This document shows, one piece after another, positions 34,100 to 46,103 of a stretch of 64,000 nt of DNA; the stretch's first letter is position 1, and every line of letters begins with the position of its first letter. The DNA is from Selaginella moellendorffii (lineage: Eukaryota; Plantae; Lycopodiophyta), in NCBI RefSeq assembly GCF_000143415.4, contig NW_003314265.1:820405-884404 (forward strand), given 5' to 3'. Both the position numbers and the translations under genes were made by a program. Under the pieces are notes generated by a model. It searched no databases and was not told the origin of the DNA. It was given only the letters and a program-made list of their open reading frames with translations.

Positions 34100-37000
34100 A
34101 CTTATTTAGTTTGATGTGGTATTTTAGTTATTAGTTAGGGTGATGCTGCAACACAGTTGAACAACTAGTAGCGCTTGTTTATGGCAATCTATTTGTTACT
34201 TAACATTTACATGGCTTTTGAATAGTTCATCTGGTATGATTTTTGTATGATATTTGCATTAGAATTTAATATGGATAGCCATTTCACACACATTCAACTA
34301 TACTACATACCATTTGAACAAATTTAGAGATCTAACAAATATTCTTATCTAATGGATCAGAATTTTCTGAAGGGTAAAAACATTTGTCTGACCTGCCATA
34401 TTAGTGATAAATTTTGATAATGTGAAAAATCAATGGAAATTTTATTCTTCTTACCTCTAAGAAAATATTATTCACAAAAATTAGAATTTTTTCCAATTGC
34501 AGAAATAATTTTCCAAAAGGAAATTAATTTTTTATAGGAACCCTTAAATTCCTATGGGATAAAAGAAAGAATCTCCACTCAGAAAATTAATTCTCTCTAT
34601 GGGATAGACTTATAGAAAGTTTGTCTTTGCATTAGTGATAAGTTTTCTTGCTTGTAAGAAAAAAATAATTCCCAGCTGATATATTTTTCCTTTAGGGGGG
34701 TCTCCTATGTTGAAATGTATTATTTAATTTTCTTTAAATATACTAAAAAAGGTAAATTATTTTTTATAAATCTAGGGCCTTAATAAAAACCTTGTCCTCG
34801 CAAGTGATATATGCAATTAGTATATAGTGGGCTTTTTGGGCAAAGGAATCAAAGTCCAAGACACTTGTGAAACTAATCAGAATCACTAAGCAAATGTAAC
34901 AAGAGCTTTAACAAAATAAATAAATAAAAAATAACACACTAAAGAGAGAGAAAGGAATGACTTACTCTAAATCTTTACCTTACAACATGCATAAATAAGG
35001 ACCTTCCCATAAATATATGTTTAGCAGTTCCCAATGGGAAATAAATGTTCTTAACAAGAGCAAAAAAACATCCTATAGTAGAAGAGAGAAGATTATACAT
35101 TAGAAAATAATCATGAAAAAAGATTAATCAACCAAAATTAATATCCTTAATGCATTTACTAAATATATATACCTCTATGTGATATGTAAAAATGCATGGG
35201 ATTGAAATTATGCCTCCTAGTCATTTGAGATCTTAATCACTGCCAAGGGGTTGTTATAAGAAAAAATATATATGTGAGGATGATTCCCAATATACCAAAA
35301 TGAAGGAATATTTACTTTGTCATATGCATCCAAATTTCTTATCCAAATTGTTTAAGTTATCCTATCCCAATTAATCTTTATTCTAAAGATCATGGAGAAC
35401 CTATAGTTATGTGAATATATCCTTGGTCACTATACAAAAAAACTATTCTTTTTTCTTTCTACAATCTAGGACTTTAGGATGATATTTCGAAACACTACAG
35501 CCCAACACAAACCTCATAGGTACTTCCCCACCTTCTGCCTTTAGGTGCCTTAGCCATGCAGTTAAAGTGGGGTTCCAATAAGCTATACTAAGTATCTAAA
35601 TAGGTAATGCCACCTATATTTGGATTGGGAACATTGACCATTTGATTTCTTAAGGGAGATAAAGTTGACTTTTGAATACTTCACACCAAACTACCCCATT
35701 AGTCCATCCATATTCACTCTAGCCATGTGGTTATATCATCACCCACTATATAGGTGTAACCTTCTTAGATCACATTAGCCTTTTTTGGCCAAAATGATTC
35801 CACTAGAGTCTTAACCCCCACATTCTCTTTACTATACTTTTGGAACCCCTTGCAGCCCCCCTAACTAATTGTTTTAAGCTTTCACCCTTCAATTTGTATT
35901 AGTATTCGGACTCGAACTTAAACTCAAACTCTGACTTGGACTTAGACTTGAACTTTGACTTGGACTTAGATTTAGTCTCAGTCTCGGTCTCGGTCTCAAC
36001 CTCCATTTCAAACTTTATCTTAAACTCCATTACGGACTCCTTCTCAGACTCCATCTTAGACTCCTTCTTAGACTCCATCTCAAACTTTAGTTTTAACTCC
36101 ATTTTGGCAGAGTAGCCTTGCTGCTACGATCTGCTATATTAGACTCTTTCTCAGACTCTTTTTCGAACTCCTTGAACTCCTTAGACTCCATCTTGGACTC
36201 AGTCCTAACACTTGCCATGTGTCAATCCTTTTTGTGTCAATCCATAAATTGCTTTCCACAAAGATGCTAGTTTAGCTTTGGTGGGAACCAAACCTTAAAC
36301 CTTTACTCATGGGATTTGAATTTAATATTTTATATATATATGATAATTAATTCCATTACCCCATCAAAAATAGGGTTTTGAGGGATTTTATTTAAAGTGT
36401 TTGACATAAATCCATCTTTTCTTCTCTAATTTTTTAGTATTTTATTAATTATTTCATCATCTTTCATTTTCTCTAACAGTTTAAACACTCTAATATTAAT
36501 GGCTTCTTCATATGCTCTTCTTTAACTTTAATCAAATCTTAATACTCTATGAAAGTATATTAAACATTGGAGTACTCCAATATAACACTTCACTCACATT
36601 TCTAGTAAATTGTTCCACACTAATAATGGCTTCTTAATTTAGAGCCAAAATTTGATATATTAGCAAAGTTTGATGGTATATAGGTAATTCTATGGCTTCA
36701 TTAACAAATTTAAACTTTGAATCATCATACAGCCTAATTGACCTCTTTTCTAGTTCTTTACCTTCTTTTAAAAAGAGTGATTACGTTTTTTGAGATTTGA
36801 TCTTTTTGCTTAAACCCTAAAGAAAAAACACCAATATGTTTGACCCCATGACCTAGGGATTCGTTAGTTTTTAGGGTTTAGGAGACACTTCCTTGCCTTA
36901 GCATATAACTCTCGATGGTATTGTTACCTTCCTTCACAATTATCTTTGTTAGAAAAATAATATTAACATTACCGGAGATAGGGTCTCAGGGCCGCAAAGC

Positions 37001-38300
37001 ACCGCACGTCCTGCTTGTGATAATGTCAAAGATCTCATGCTTTCTCATCTAGATCTAACATCTCTCACAATTACTATTGATATTGTTGTTCAATATAACA
37101 ATTAATTGCAAGAATAAAAATTAAAGCATTATTATTAAACCTTTGTTCCTGATGTAATAGCCCTAGTTTTGGAGCAACTAATATATATAAGGCACAATTC
37201 TGTAGTATATGTGATTTTCACCTTTTACTTTATACATAGAATAACCATGGAATAGAATCTAAACCCTTGGACATATGGGCCAAAGGCAACAAAGCTAAAT
37301 AAAGCTTTAGGTCACTGAACGAAGGGATGGAACTAAACTCGCAGACAAGGAGTGAAAAAACTAAAATACAAAATGACTCATAAATGTATATCATAAAGAG
37401 TGAAGGGACAGGAACACAAAGTGACATTAGAACATTCCTAAAACATCTATCATCCTAGCGCCAACACTAATACGTCAAATGGAGCCAAATAGAGTTTTGC
37501 ATTATTTTAGCATACTAATGGCTTAATGAGAGGATATAGGTACTCAATTAACTACTATAGTATATGTTTAAACCTAAATCAAATGCAAAACAAGGATATA
37601 TATATAGTTAAACTATTTCTCAAATTGGTTCATCATACTCTACTATCCTTATTATACATTTGGAACCCCTCACAACCAGTATACATTTTAGGCTTTCACC
37701 TCAATCCTAGAAGTTAGTCTTTGGGACAATTATGAAAACTTACTAAATATAAAATAGTGTTAAATTGAAAATTTGGACAGGAGAATAACACTTTTGTATT
37801 TAAGACAATTTCTACATTTTGTAGATATGTTTCATTAGTAAATATAGATACTTTCTATAAATAGTTAATAGAATTGAAATAAAACCAACATATAGGGTAT
37901 GATAATAAGGGTGTTTGGTAGACATGGTAAGTTATTATGTAACAATATTGAGGGACTAATGCTCAATATATAATGGTTTTTGTAAAGCCAATGCAATATA
38001 GAGCAAAAAAGAATTAAAAGTCAAGCCAAGTATACTCAACAAAAAATATATAAGATTATATTTATCTAGTTAAATATAGATGCTAAACCAAGTTTACTAA
38101 TACTTGAACAAATATAATTACACTGTATTATATAATTGGGTTTAATGTTATGCTTCTACTAATAGTATATCTAAAATTCGTATTAAAATAAAGGATGTAC
38201 TAAAGTATTTATTTTATCTCAATAAGTGAAGATGTTTTTTTAAAAAAAGGTATAAAATCAAATCAATAATTGAATAAAAAACATTAATCATTTTCAATTA
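34100..38300. other. AT-rich, CpG-depleted decayed DNA (probable old mobile-element or gene remnants)
   Basis: Sharp drop in GC, almost no CG dinucleotides, and stop-riddled coding-like stretches on the minus strand near 35.2-35.9 and 36.3-36.8 kb. Confidence 0.55.
35900..36200. repeat. Degenerate hexamer tandem repeat (GACTCN/GACTTN-like)
   Basis: gacttggacttagacttgaactttgacttg...gactccatcttagactccttcttagactcc; it produces the low-complexity E/S/K ORF. Confidence 0.75.
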
Positions 38301-38352
38301 TTGGATCTTAAATTCCTTTAAAAACCTCATCAGCTTTGGCACAATCAATACA

Positions 38353-38757
38353 ATGGCATCATTCAAAATTGAGTTTATCATTTACTTGATATACTACTTA
38401 TTCTTATGTGCAGAATCATATTCTCATCAAGCTCATTTCAAATGTTACGAGGTTGCTCAAGTCAATCCCACTGTGGAGCAAATAAATCTCGCAAGAGAAC
38501 GTGCTTGGAATGCTGTTACAAATGGAAGGTTCTTGCCAGGTGGATACTTTGGTAGGGAGGGCCACATCTTAATTAACATTCATATGCTTCAACGTAAGAA
38601 CGATGATGTGATCATGCTCAGCGATTTTGATGAGGCTGTAAACAACATCTATCTCCAATGTATGGCAAGAGGACATGTTGGGGGTTACATTTGGTTTGAG
38701 GTACCCTTATACATGATTGTAGAGATGGAAAGTAGTGAGGGAATGACCTCCTCTTAG
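38353..38757 (+). CDS. Orphan small secreted protein (134 aa)
   Basis: Intronless ORF with ATG in good context (ACAATGGC), hydrophobic N-terminus and two Cys in the mature part. A decayed paralogous copy lies at 42.9-43.2 kb. Confidence 0.6.
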   Translation: MASFKIEFIIYLIYYLFLCAESYSHQAHFKCYEVAQVNPTVEQINLARERAWNAVTNGRFLPGGYFGREGHILINIHMLQRKNDDVIMLSDFDEAVNNIYLQCMARGHVGGYIWFEVPLYMIVEMESSEGMTSS

Positions 38758-39659
38758 AAACTAAAGCTCTTGGACATGCAACTATCAATGATGCACTTGG
38801 CAATCTCAAGGTTGGTCTCGTTCCTCTTGAGATCAATGTCCCTCATCAGCTCTAGCTTCTTCTCCTCGAATTCTAGCCTGTTCTTCTCGATCCTCTCCAC
38901 CGCCTGGATCAACATCGCCACCACCTCTGTCGCATGTCGATTCAGTGGCGATGCCCTGTGGTGCTGCTTCCTGATCGTCTTGTCCGAGAACTTTGGCAGG
39001 CTGGGCGGCGATCGAAAGTCGGCAGATCCAGCAGCAGCGGTGGCGGCAGCGGCGCAGATCCCATTGAGCGTGAGATTCAAGCCGCTGTCGAGAAATCCCG
39101 GCCTAAGATCGAACAGGAAGCTGGAAGGAGGCATTCCCTCGTCTTCCTCTTGAGCTTCCTCAGCTTCTTCATCATCATCATCATCTTCTTCTTCTTCTCC
39201 TTCATCTACTTCTTCTTCATCCCCGGAATTGGCAGCGCCCACCTCAACATCGTCGTCGGTGGCATCGTCCGCCGCTGCCAGTGGCCCCAGCTTCTCCCCG
39301 CTCGCGATTCCTCCCGGGATCCCTCTGGCGCCGCCGCTGCCACTGCTCCGATCCATGAGCTTCTCCATGTGATCGTACCACTTCCATTTTGCGCCCGTTC
39401 CCCCTTTGCTGCCGCTGCCCAACTCCCTCTTGCTCTTGATGATCTTGAATTTCTTCTTGAGCGCGTCCAGCTTGTTGCGGCAGCGCGCGTAGCTGTAGCC
39501 CTCGCCGCACGAGGACGAGAGGCGCGCGAGAATGTCCTGCCAATCCTTCTGCCGCAGATTGCTCCTCTGGAGCTCCACGAACTTGGCGGTGTAGCTGTCG
39601 ATGAGAATGCGCACCGCATCCTCGCTCCACACCCCACATTCCTTGCTCGCGCCCTCCAT
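38754..39659 (-). CDS. Trihelix (Myb/SANT-like, SIP1/ASIL-type) transcription factor
   Basis: WSEDAVRILIDSY...NLRQKDWQDI...CRNKLDALKKKFK...WKWYDHMEKL, acidic middle region and C-terminal coiled coil. ATG 39659 follows AACCCTAACCCTAA. Confidence 0.9.
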   Translation of the reverse strand: MEGASKECGVWSEDAVRILIDSYTAKFVELQRSNLRQKDWQDILARLSSSCGEGYSYARCRNKLDALKKKFKIIKSKRELGSGSKGGTGAKWKWYDHMEKLMDRSSGSGGARGIPGGIASGEKLGPLAAADDATDDDVEVGAANSGDEEEVDEGEEEEDDDDDEEAEEAQEEDEGMPPSSFLFDLRPGFLDSGLNLTLNGICAAAATAAAGSADFRSPPSLPKFSDKTIRKQHHRASPLNRHATEVVAMLIQAVERIEKNRLEFEEKKLELMRDIDLKRNETNLEIAKCIIDSCMSKSFSF

Positions 39660-39714
39660 CTCCGCGAGCCCTTGGAATTTTAGGGTTAGGGCGCGAGCTT
39701 TTTCCTTTTTTTCT

Positions 39715-40576
39715 TCATTGATAATGGCGACCATTGGATTTATGAACAACATGCGCGTAATAGTCTTCTATCGTCAATGGTTTTGGGCCACCAAAGAAAT
39801 CGATGAGAAAGATGTCTAAGATTTCCAGTTTGTAGAAATGGAAGTTGTGACTCTTTGGCCAATCTAGAAATCTCCAAGATGAGAATGCATTGTTAAAATC
39901 ATAGGAAAGAACTCACTGGGCATTTCATGGTGCTTGGAGAACAAAGCCGAGGCCGCGAAACGTTTCTCGCCATCGCTCACCAGTTTCACCATCTGCGAAT
40001 GAGTAGCGAGTGAGCAGTAAATCTTCCCATCAAGATCAAAGAGAGGAGAATTCCATACCTTTCCAGAGAGCGTGATCTTGGAGCAAATTGGACTCTCCGC
40101 ATCCGCTTTGCCGCAAGTTCCCAGCGAGGCCTCGCTGATCGTGAACGAGCAGCGGTCGTCCGCGGCCAAGTCTCTCGCTGTTGGATCCAGCTCGGTCAAG
40201 TAGAAGTATGGAGTGCCAGTGGAATTAAACGCGGGGCCATCGCTGAAAGAGACAATGTTCCTGCAAGAACCAATCCAGAGAAAGAAGAATCCTCGAAAGA
40301 AAATTCTCCAGTGAAATTCTGGAAACCATACCCGAAAGGAACACCCTTGAGATGAATCGACACTGTGCTGCATGTAGGGATTAGGACTTAGATGATAGAA
40401 ATGTAGAGAAATTTCTATTTTTCTCCACACCTTACAACGCCCCACAAGCCGCTGGCGACGAGCCATCTCGCGAATGCCGCGGATTCTGAGGGATCTGGCC
40501 TCCTGCTGCCATGAATCGATACCACCAGAAGAACGAGAGCGCATCCAAATGCCCAATGCCAGTGTCGTAGCGCCAT
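39715..40576 (-). CDS. CREG-like protein (PNPOx-like FMN-binding split barrel)
   Basis: Signal peptide, AFARWLV..GLWGV, NIVSFSDG....GTPYFYLT.LDPTARD, CSKITLSGK, and last exon WPKSHNFHFYKLEILDIFLIDFFGGPKPL. Confidence 0.9.
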
Positions 40577-40613
40577 TTCCAGCAAGAACCCTAAAAATCG
40601 ATTCCTTAGGGCA

Positions 40614-41510
40614 ATGCGTGCGGTGGTGCAGCGAGTCTTGTCCGCCAGAGTTGAAGTAAGCTCCTGCTCTTTCGATCGCTCTGATCTCTTCTGTCGATCA
40701 GGTCGATGGCCAAGTTGTGTCACAGATCGGACAAGGCTTGCTTGTGCTCGTCGGCATTTCGGAATCCGACACCAAAGAAGATGCAGATTTTCTGTGCGTT
40801 TATTCTTCTTCCTCTTTGTTTTTTTTTTTGCTTTGAAACGCTTGATCGATCGAAGTATTCCTGTCTGTTCTTCGCAGCTGCAGGAAAATCCTAAACATGC
40901 GCTTATTTGTGAATGACAAAACCGGCAAAGCATGGGATCAGAATGTAAGAAAGTGCTTCTTTTTCTATTTCCCACTCTCGAGATTCTCAGGAAAAAAAAG
41001 TTTTTTTTCTCTTTCTCGAACAGGTCATGCAAAAGAACTTCGACGTTTTGCTCGGTATTGATGAATGTATTGCAACATTAATTTGTTTTTTTTTTTCCTT
41101 CCACTGTCTAGTGAGCCAGTTCACGCTTTATGGATTTCTCAAGGGGAACAAGCCGGACTTCCACTTGGCCATGCCACCACTCCAGGCTAAGGATTTCTAC
41201 TCCAAGTTCGTCGAGGCTGTCGCTCACTCCTACTCTAAGGACAAAGTTAAAGGCAAGCATTGTGTGATCTCCATGAATCCCTCCAAAAGCTAAGTAGTGC
41301 GAGCTTGACAGATGGTATATTTGGCGCACTGATGCAAGTATGATCTCCTCCAGCCCTTGTTCATAAAATTGACGTGATGAAACCTTTATCTCTTTTTTTT
41401 CCTGGTTTCTGGATTGTTGACAGGTTCATTTGGTTAATGATGGACCAGTGACGCTGCAGCTCGATTCTCGCAAGCCTGGCGACGAGAACAATCACAATTC
41501 TTCTTCTTAA
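40614..41510 (+). CDS. DTD1: D-aminoacyl-tRNA deacylase 1
   Basis: MRAVVQRV, IGQGLLVLVGI, VSQFTLYG, GNKPDFH.AM, DG.FGALM and NDGPVT (Gly-cisPro motif). One GC-AG intron with its donor at 41253. Confidence 0.95.
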
Positions 41511-42105
41511 CTCCCAGGTTTATAATTGAACGATCATCACATTGGCTCCTTTCGCATAGAAAATTCTTTGGCTCCCTGACCTCTCTCCCTTTTGCAGTGC
41601 ACTACTAACGTACTACTCCACAGAAAGACAACCAAATTCGTTTGGAGCGATGGTACCAAAAGTGCCTGGGTCACAGGTGAGTGGCCTGTCGCTGGGACGA
41701 GACCGTAACAATTTTCTTTTCTTTCTTTCATTTTTTTGCCAGCGGATTTCACAAGCCGAAGCTTGTGGAGAACGTATTAGCAGATGAGCGGTGCTGGTTG
41801 GTCCTGGTTTCATCAATATAGCTGTCCAACAACTGTTCCAGTGATCACTAGAAAACTTGGGCCACCTTTTCTTCGTCTTCACCACTCAGCGGATGGCGTC
41901 TGGACCATCGTGAGAGTCTCGCTTCCGCAAATTTGCTCCCTCCCGGCCCGTCGATCGCATGGCTATGCAACTTGGTGGTCACATTCTTGGTGTGAAAGTG
42001 AAATCAGTTGGGGATCAGTTGGAAGGGGGTGATTTTCCGGGTGAAACTTTTCTTTCCATCGAAGAAGAAGAAGAATGAGAAGCTAAACACAGGATTTTTA
42101 TGAGT

Positions 42106-42212
42106 CATGGGACTGCTCTTGCTGCTGCTGCTCACTCTTCGTCTTTGTTCGTCAAGGTTGCTCGCCACCGAAGCCAGTTGCATTCGGGGACAGGACGGAG
42201 GATATCAGGCTC
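42106..42212 (+). pseudogene. Truncated 5' remnant of the lectin receptor kinase
   Basis: Matches 46104-46262 with internal deletions. Confidence 0.8.
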
Positions 42213-42867
42213 AGAAGAATCCGCGATGAACAAACCTGCTAAGAACTTGACGCTCTCTGAATCTTTTTTAGTTTTTTCGAAAGATCTTACCGCGTGTGGT
42301 GGCAGAAACACTTTCGCCAGACCCTTCCTCGCTGCCTTCTTTTCAATGTAATCTGCCCGGCAGAAGGAAGTATTTGAGAAGTCGAGAACGAAAGACAAGC
42401 AGGCTATCTCCTTGTCCGGGAGCTACTGCAAATGCAGCCATCTTCGCCTGATCTTTTAGCGGGATATGAGAACAGAGGCGATCAAACACCCGTCTCTTTC
42501 CACACCTTGTGAAACAATTCAGCAAGTCCTGAAACACGGGAACAGACTTTCTGAGTGTTTCCATTCGTAGCCACAGCCTTGACATAATCCGCAGCAGTGT
42601 AACTCTGACGCGTTCTTTTCCTGATGGCCTGGTCTGCTTGTTCATGAATCTCACAAGGCTGTTGCTTCTAGGCCCACAAGAGCTTATCCGCTTTCAAAGT
42701 TGTTGGGCAGGAGGTTGCAACTTCACGTTGCGAATCACAAAACCTTTAACTATCCTATTAAAAAACGCTATATGTGTTTAAAGCTTTTTCTATTTTACTA
42801 GAAACAATGTAAAACTTTCGTGACTAGTTTATTCCAAATCTTGTACAAGTGTGAATGCAGCATGTTC

Positions 42868-43432
42868 TTATTTATTTGCTCCACAGTGGGATTGACCTGA
42901 GCAACCTCGCAACATTTGAAATGAGCTGCCTGATAATATGACTCCCAGTACATTCCAATGAAAAAGCCTTTAAAAATCTCACAAATGGCATTGTTCAACA
43001 TTGAATTTTTTTATTTCTTTGGTAGGGAGTATTGAACATCATCATTCTTACGTTGGATTGAATCATATGAATAATTACTAAAGTATTACTCTCCCTAGTA
43101 TCCATCCAGCAAGAACCTTCCGGTGATTTGATGAGGCTGTAAACATCTATCTCCAATGTATGGCAAAAGGACATGTTGGAAGTGACATTTTGTCAAGGTA
43201 CATGATTGTAGAGATGAAAGTAGTGAGGAGCTCTTAAATACTAAAGCTCTTCGACATACAACTATGAATAGTACACTTGGCAATCTTGAGATTGGTCTCA
43301 CTCCTCTTGAGATCAATTGACGATTGGCAATGTCTCATCACATTCTAGCTTCTTCTCCTCAAATTCTAACCTGGTCTTTGGTAGATCTAGTATGGCGGTG
43401 GCGACATCACATTGAGTGTGAGATTTAAGCCA
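42868..43432. pseudogene. Scrambled remnants of the small secreted gene and the trihelix 3' end
   Basis: Inverted pieces (AHFKCCEVAQVNPTVEQIN; GRFLLDGY) are interleaved with direct pieces matching about 38310-39090. Confidence 0.8.
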
Positions 43433-44055
43433 CTGTTAAATGAATTGTGGTCAAGACATTTTATATGTATTATACTCCATGTATATATAAAAGACTTGAA
43501 AGATTAGGTGCTTGTGACCACCATATACTTGCTACATACACATGTCCAAATCTTGCCCAATCACAAATTTTGGGCATGACAGCATAGCACTGTTTGGTAA
43601 TGCAAGCAAGCTTAGGAAGGAGCTCTAAATGTATATTCATTTGGACCCGCTAATAAGAAGGTATTTCAAAATTTAATTTGTCAATTGCCAAGAAAATCTA
43701 GATAACAAATTAGCAGCACCCAAATCTAAGGGCTCCCCTTCCGGAGGGGTGACGATTTAATCCTAACAATGTCCTTACTTTCCAAGGGCACTTGGGAAGG
43801 CTACTCTACTGATCAATGCGATGTGTGTGCCGAGCCTTGGGCAGGGAGGTGTGTTTTTCATCCCGTGTGTGTGTCTTCCCAGGAATTGGGCTCTGATGAA
43901 CGAGTTAGAGAGAACGATGGAACGGGAAATTGTTACCAGTCTTTATTGTCAATGTAAGATGAATAGGTCAGCTTTTAACGAAAGCAGTTAAGAACACAAT
44001 TAATCATTTTGCACGGGTTAAGTTACTCAATAAAACACGATGGAAATTTTTAGGG

Positions 44056-44610
44056 TTAGGGCTGGCCCTTTATTAATTGGATCCAAATATTAGAATGCAT
44101 GACAGCAAAAAACTCATTGGGCATTTCATGGTGCTTGGAGAACAAAGCCGAGGGCAGTGAGTACCGAGTGTAGTAAATCTTGCGATGAGAACAAGGAGAA
44201 TTCCACACCTTTCCAGAGAGCGTGATCTTGGAACAAGTTGGGCACTCTGCGTCCGCTTTGCCGCAAGTTCCCAGCGAGGTCGTGAACGAGCAGCGGTCGT
44301 CCGCGGCCAAATCCCTTGCTGTTGGATCCAGCTCGGTCAGGTAGAAGTATGGAGTGCCAGTGGAATTAAACGCGGCGCCATCGCTGAAAGAGACAATGTT
44401 CCTGCAAGAACCAATCCAGAGAAAAAGAAATCAGTCCTTCACCAGTGACATTCAACGCCCTTGAGATGAATCGACACTGTGCTGTCACAAAGATGAGAGA
44501 AATGCGAGAAAATAAGCTCTCTCCACACCTTAAGCCGCTGGCGACGAGCCATCTCGAATGCCGCGGATTCGGAGGACCAGAAGAACGAGAGAGCGCCGTT
44601 TCCAGCAAGA
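44056..44610 (-). pseudogene. CREG-like pseudogene (duplicate)
   Basis: Aligns to 39900-40590 with many deletions; start codon and last exon are lost. Confidence 0.85.
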
Positions 44611-44644
44611 ACCCTAAAAATCAAGTCCTTGCTACTCGAGGGCA

Positions 44645-45450
44645 ATGCGGGCAGTGGTGCAGCGAGTCTTGTCCGCCAGAGTCGATGTAAGCGCGAGAGT
44701 CCTTCCCTTTTGATCGCTCTGATTGCTTCTTTCGATCAGGTCGATGGCCAAATTGTGTCACAGATGCTTGCTTGTGCGTTTTTTCCTTTCTTCCTTGAAA
44801 CGCTTTCCCTGCAGATGTCCTAATTGAGCTTCGGATGGGCAAGGAGATGCAGTTTTCTTTGGTGTGTTCTTCGCAGCTGCAGGAAAATTCTAAGCATTGC
44901 GCTTATTTGTGAACGACAAAACCGCCAAAGCATGTGTAAGAAAGTGCCTCTTTTTCTATTTCCCACTCTCGAGATTCTCAGAAAAAAAAAAAGTTTTTCT
45001 TTTGTGTTCTTTACGAACAGGTCATGCAAAAGAACCTCCGACGTTTTGCTCGGGATTGTATGAATGTATTGCAACATTTATCTTTTTTCTTCTTCCACTG
45101 TCCATTGAGTCAGTTCACGCTTTATGGATTTCTCAAGGGGAACAACCCGGACTTCCACTTGGCCATGCCACCACTCCAGGCTAAGGATTTCTACTCCAAG
45201 TTCGTCGAGGCTGTCGCTCACTCCTACTCTACGGACAAAGTTAAAGGCAAGCATTGTGTGATCTCCATGAATCCCTCCAAAAGCTAAGCCGTGCGTATAT
45301 TTGGCGCACTGATGCAAGTATGACCTCCTCCCGCTCTTGTTCATGAAGTTGACGTGATGGAAACTTCTGATAGTTGACAGGTTCAGTTGATTAATGATGG
45401 ACCAGTGACGCCGCAGCTCGATTCTCGCAATCCAGAACTCTTCCTCTTAA
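44645..45450 (+). pseudogene. DTD1: DTD1 pseudogene (duplicate)
   Basis: Aligns to 40614-41510, with an early frameshift (atgcgggcagtgg), a deleted part of exon 2 and damaged splice sites. Confidence 0.85.
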
Positions 45451-46103
45451 CTCTCAGGTTTCAGTATAATTGAATAAGCATTCGCATTTGGATCCTTGCG
45501 ATTAGAAAATTCGCTGGCTTCCTGACATCTCACCCTTTTGCAGTGCACTGCTAACATACTACTCCACAGTTTCATTGAAAGAACACCAAATTCGTTTGTA
45601 GCGATGGTACCAAAAGCGCCTGGGTCACAGGTGAGTGGCCTGTCGCTGGGACGAGACAGTAACAATTTTCTTTCATTTTTCGCCAGCTGGGATTCCACGA
45701 GGCGAAGCTGCCGAGCAGATTGTGGAGAACGTACTAGCAGATGAGCGGTGCTGGTTGGTCCTGGTTTCATCAATATTCCGCACCGGCTGTGCTAATGTCC
45801 GTCCAACAACTGTTCCATTGATCACTAGAAAACAATTTCCACCTTCATTAGCACTCCGTCGTCTTCACCACTCAGCGGACGGCCTCTGGACCATCGTGAG
45901 AGTCTCGCTTCCGCGAATTTGCTCCCTCCCGGCCCGTCGATCGCATGGCTAGGCAACTTGGTGCTCACAGTCTTGGTGTGAAGTGAAAACAGTTGGGGAT
46001 CAGTTGAAGGGGGTGATTTTCCTGGTGAGACTTTCCTTTCCATCGGAAGAAGAAGGACAAGAACAAGAAGGATGAGAAGCTAAAACAGGATTTTTATCGA
46101 GTC

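Noticed and set aside
35899-36102. E/S/K-rich ORF
   Set aside because: Translation of a degenerate hexamer repeat within decayed DNA.
43440-44055. Possible solo LTR or insertion within the duplicate copy
   Set aside because: No termini or target duplication could be established by eye.
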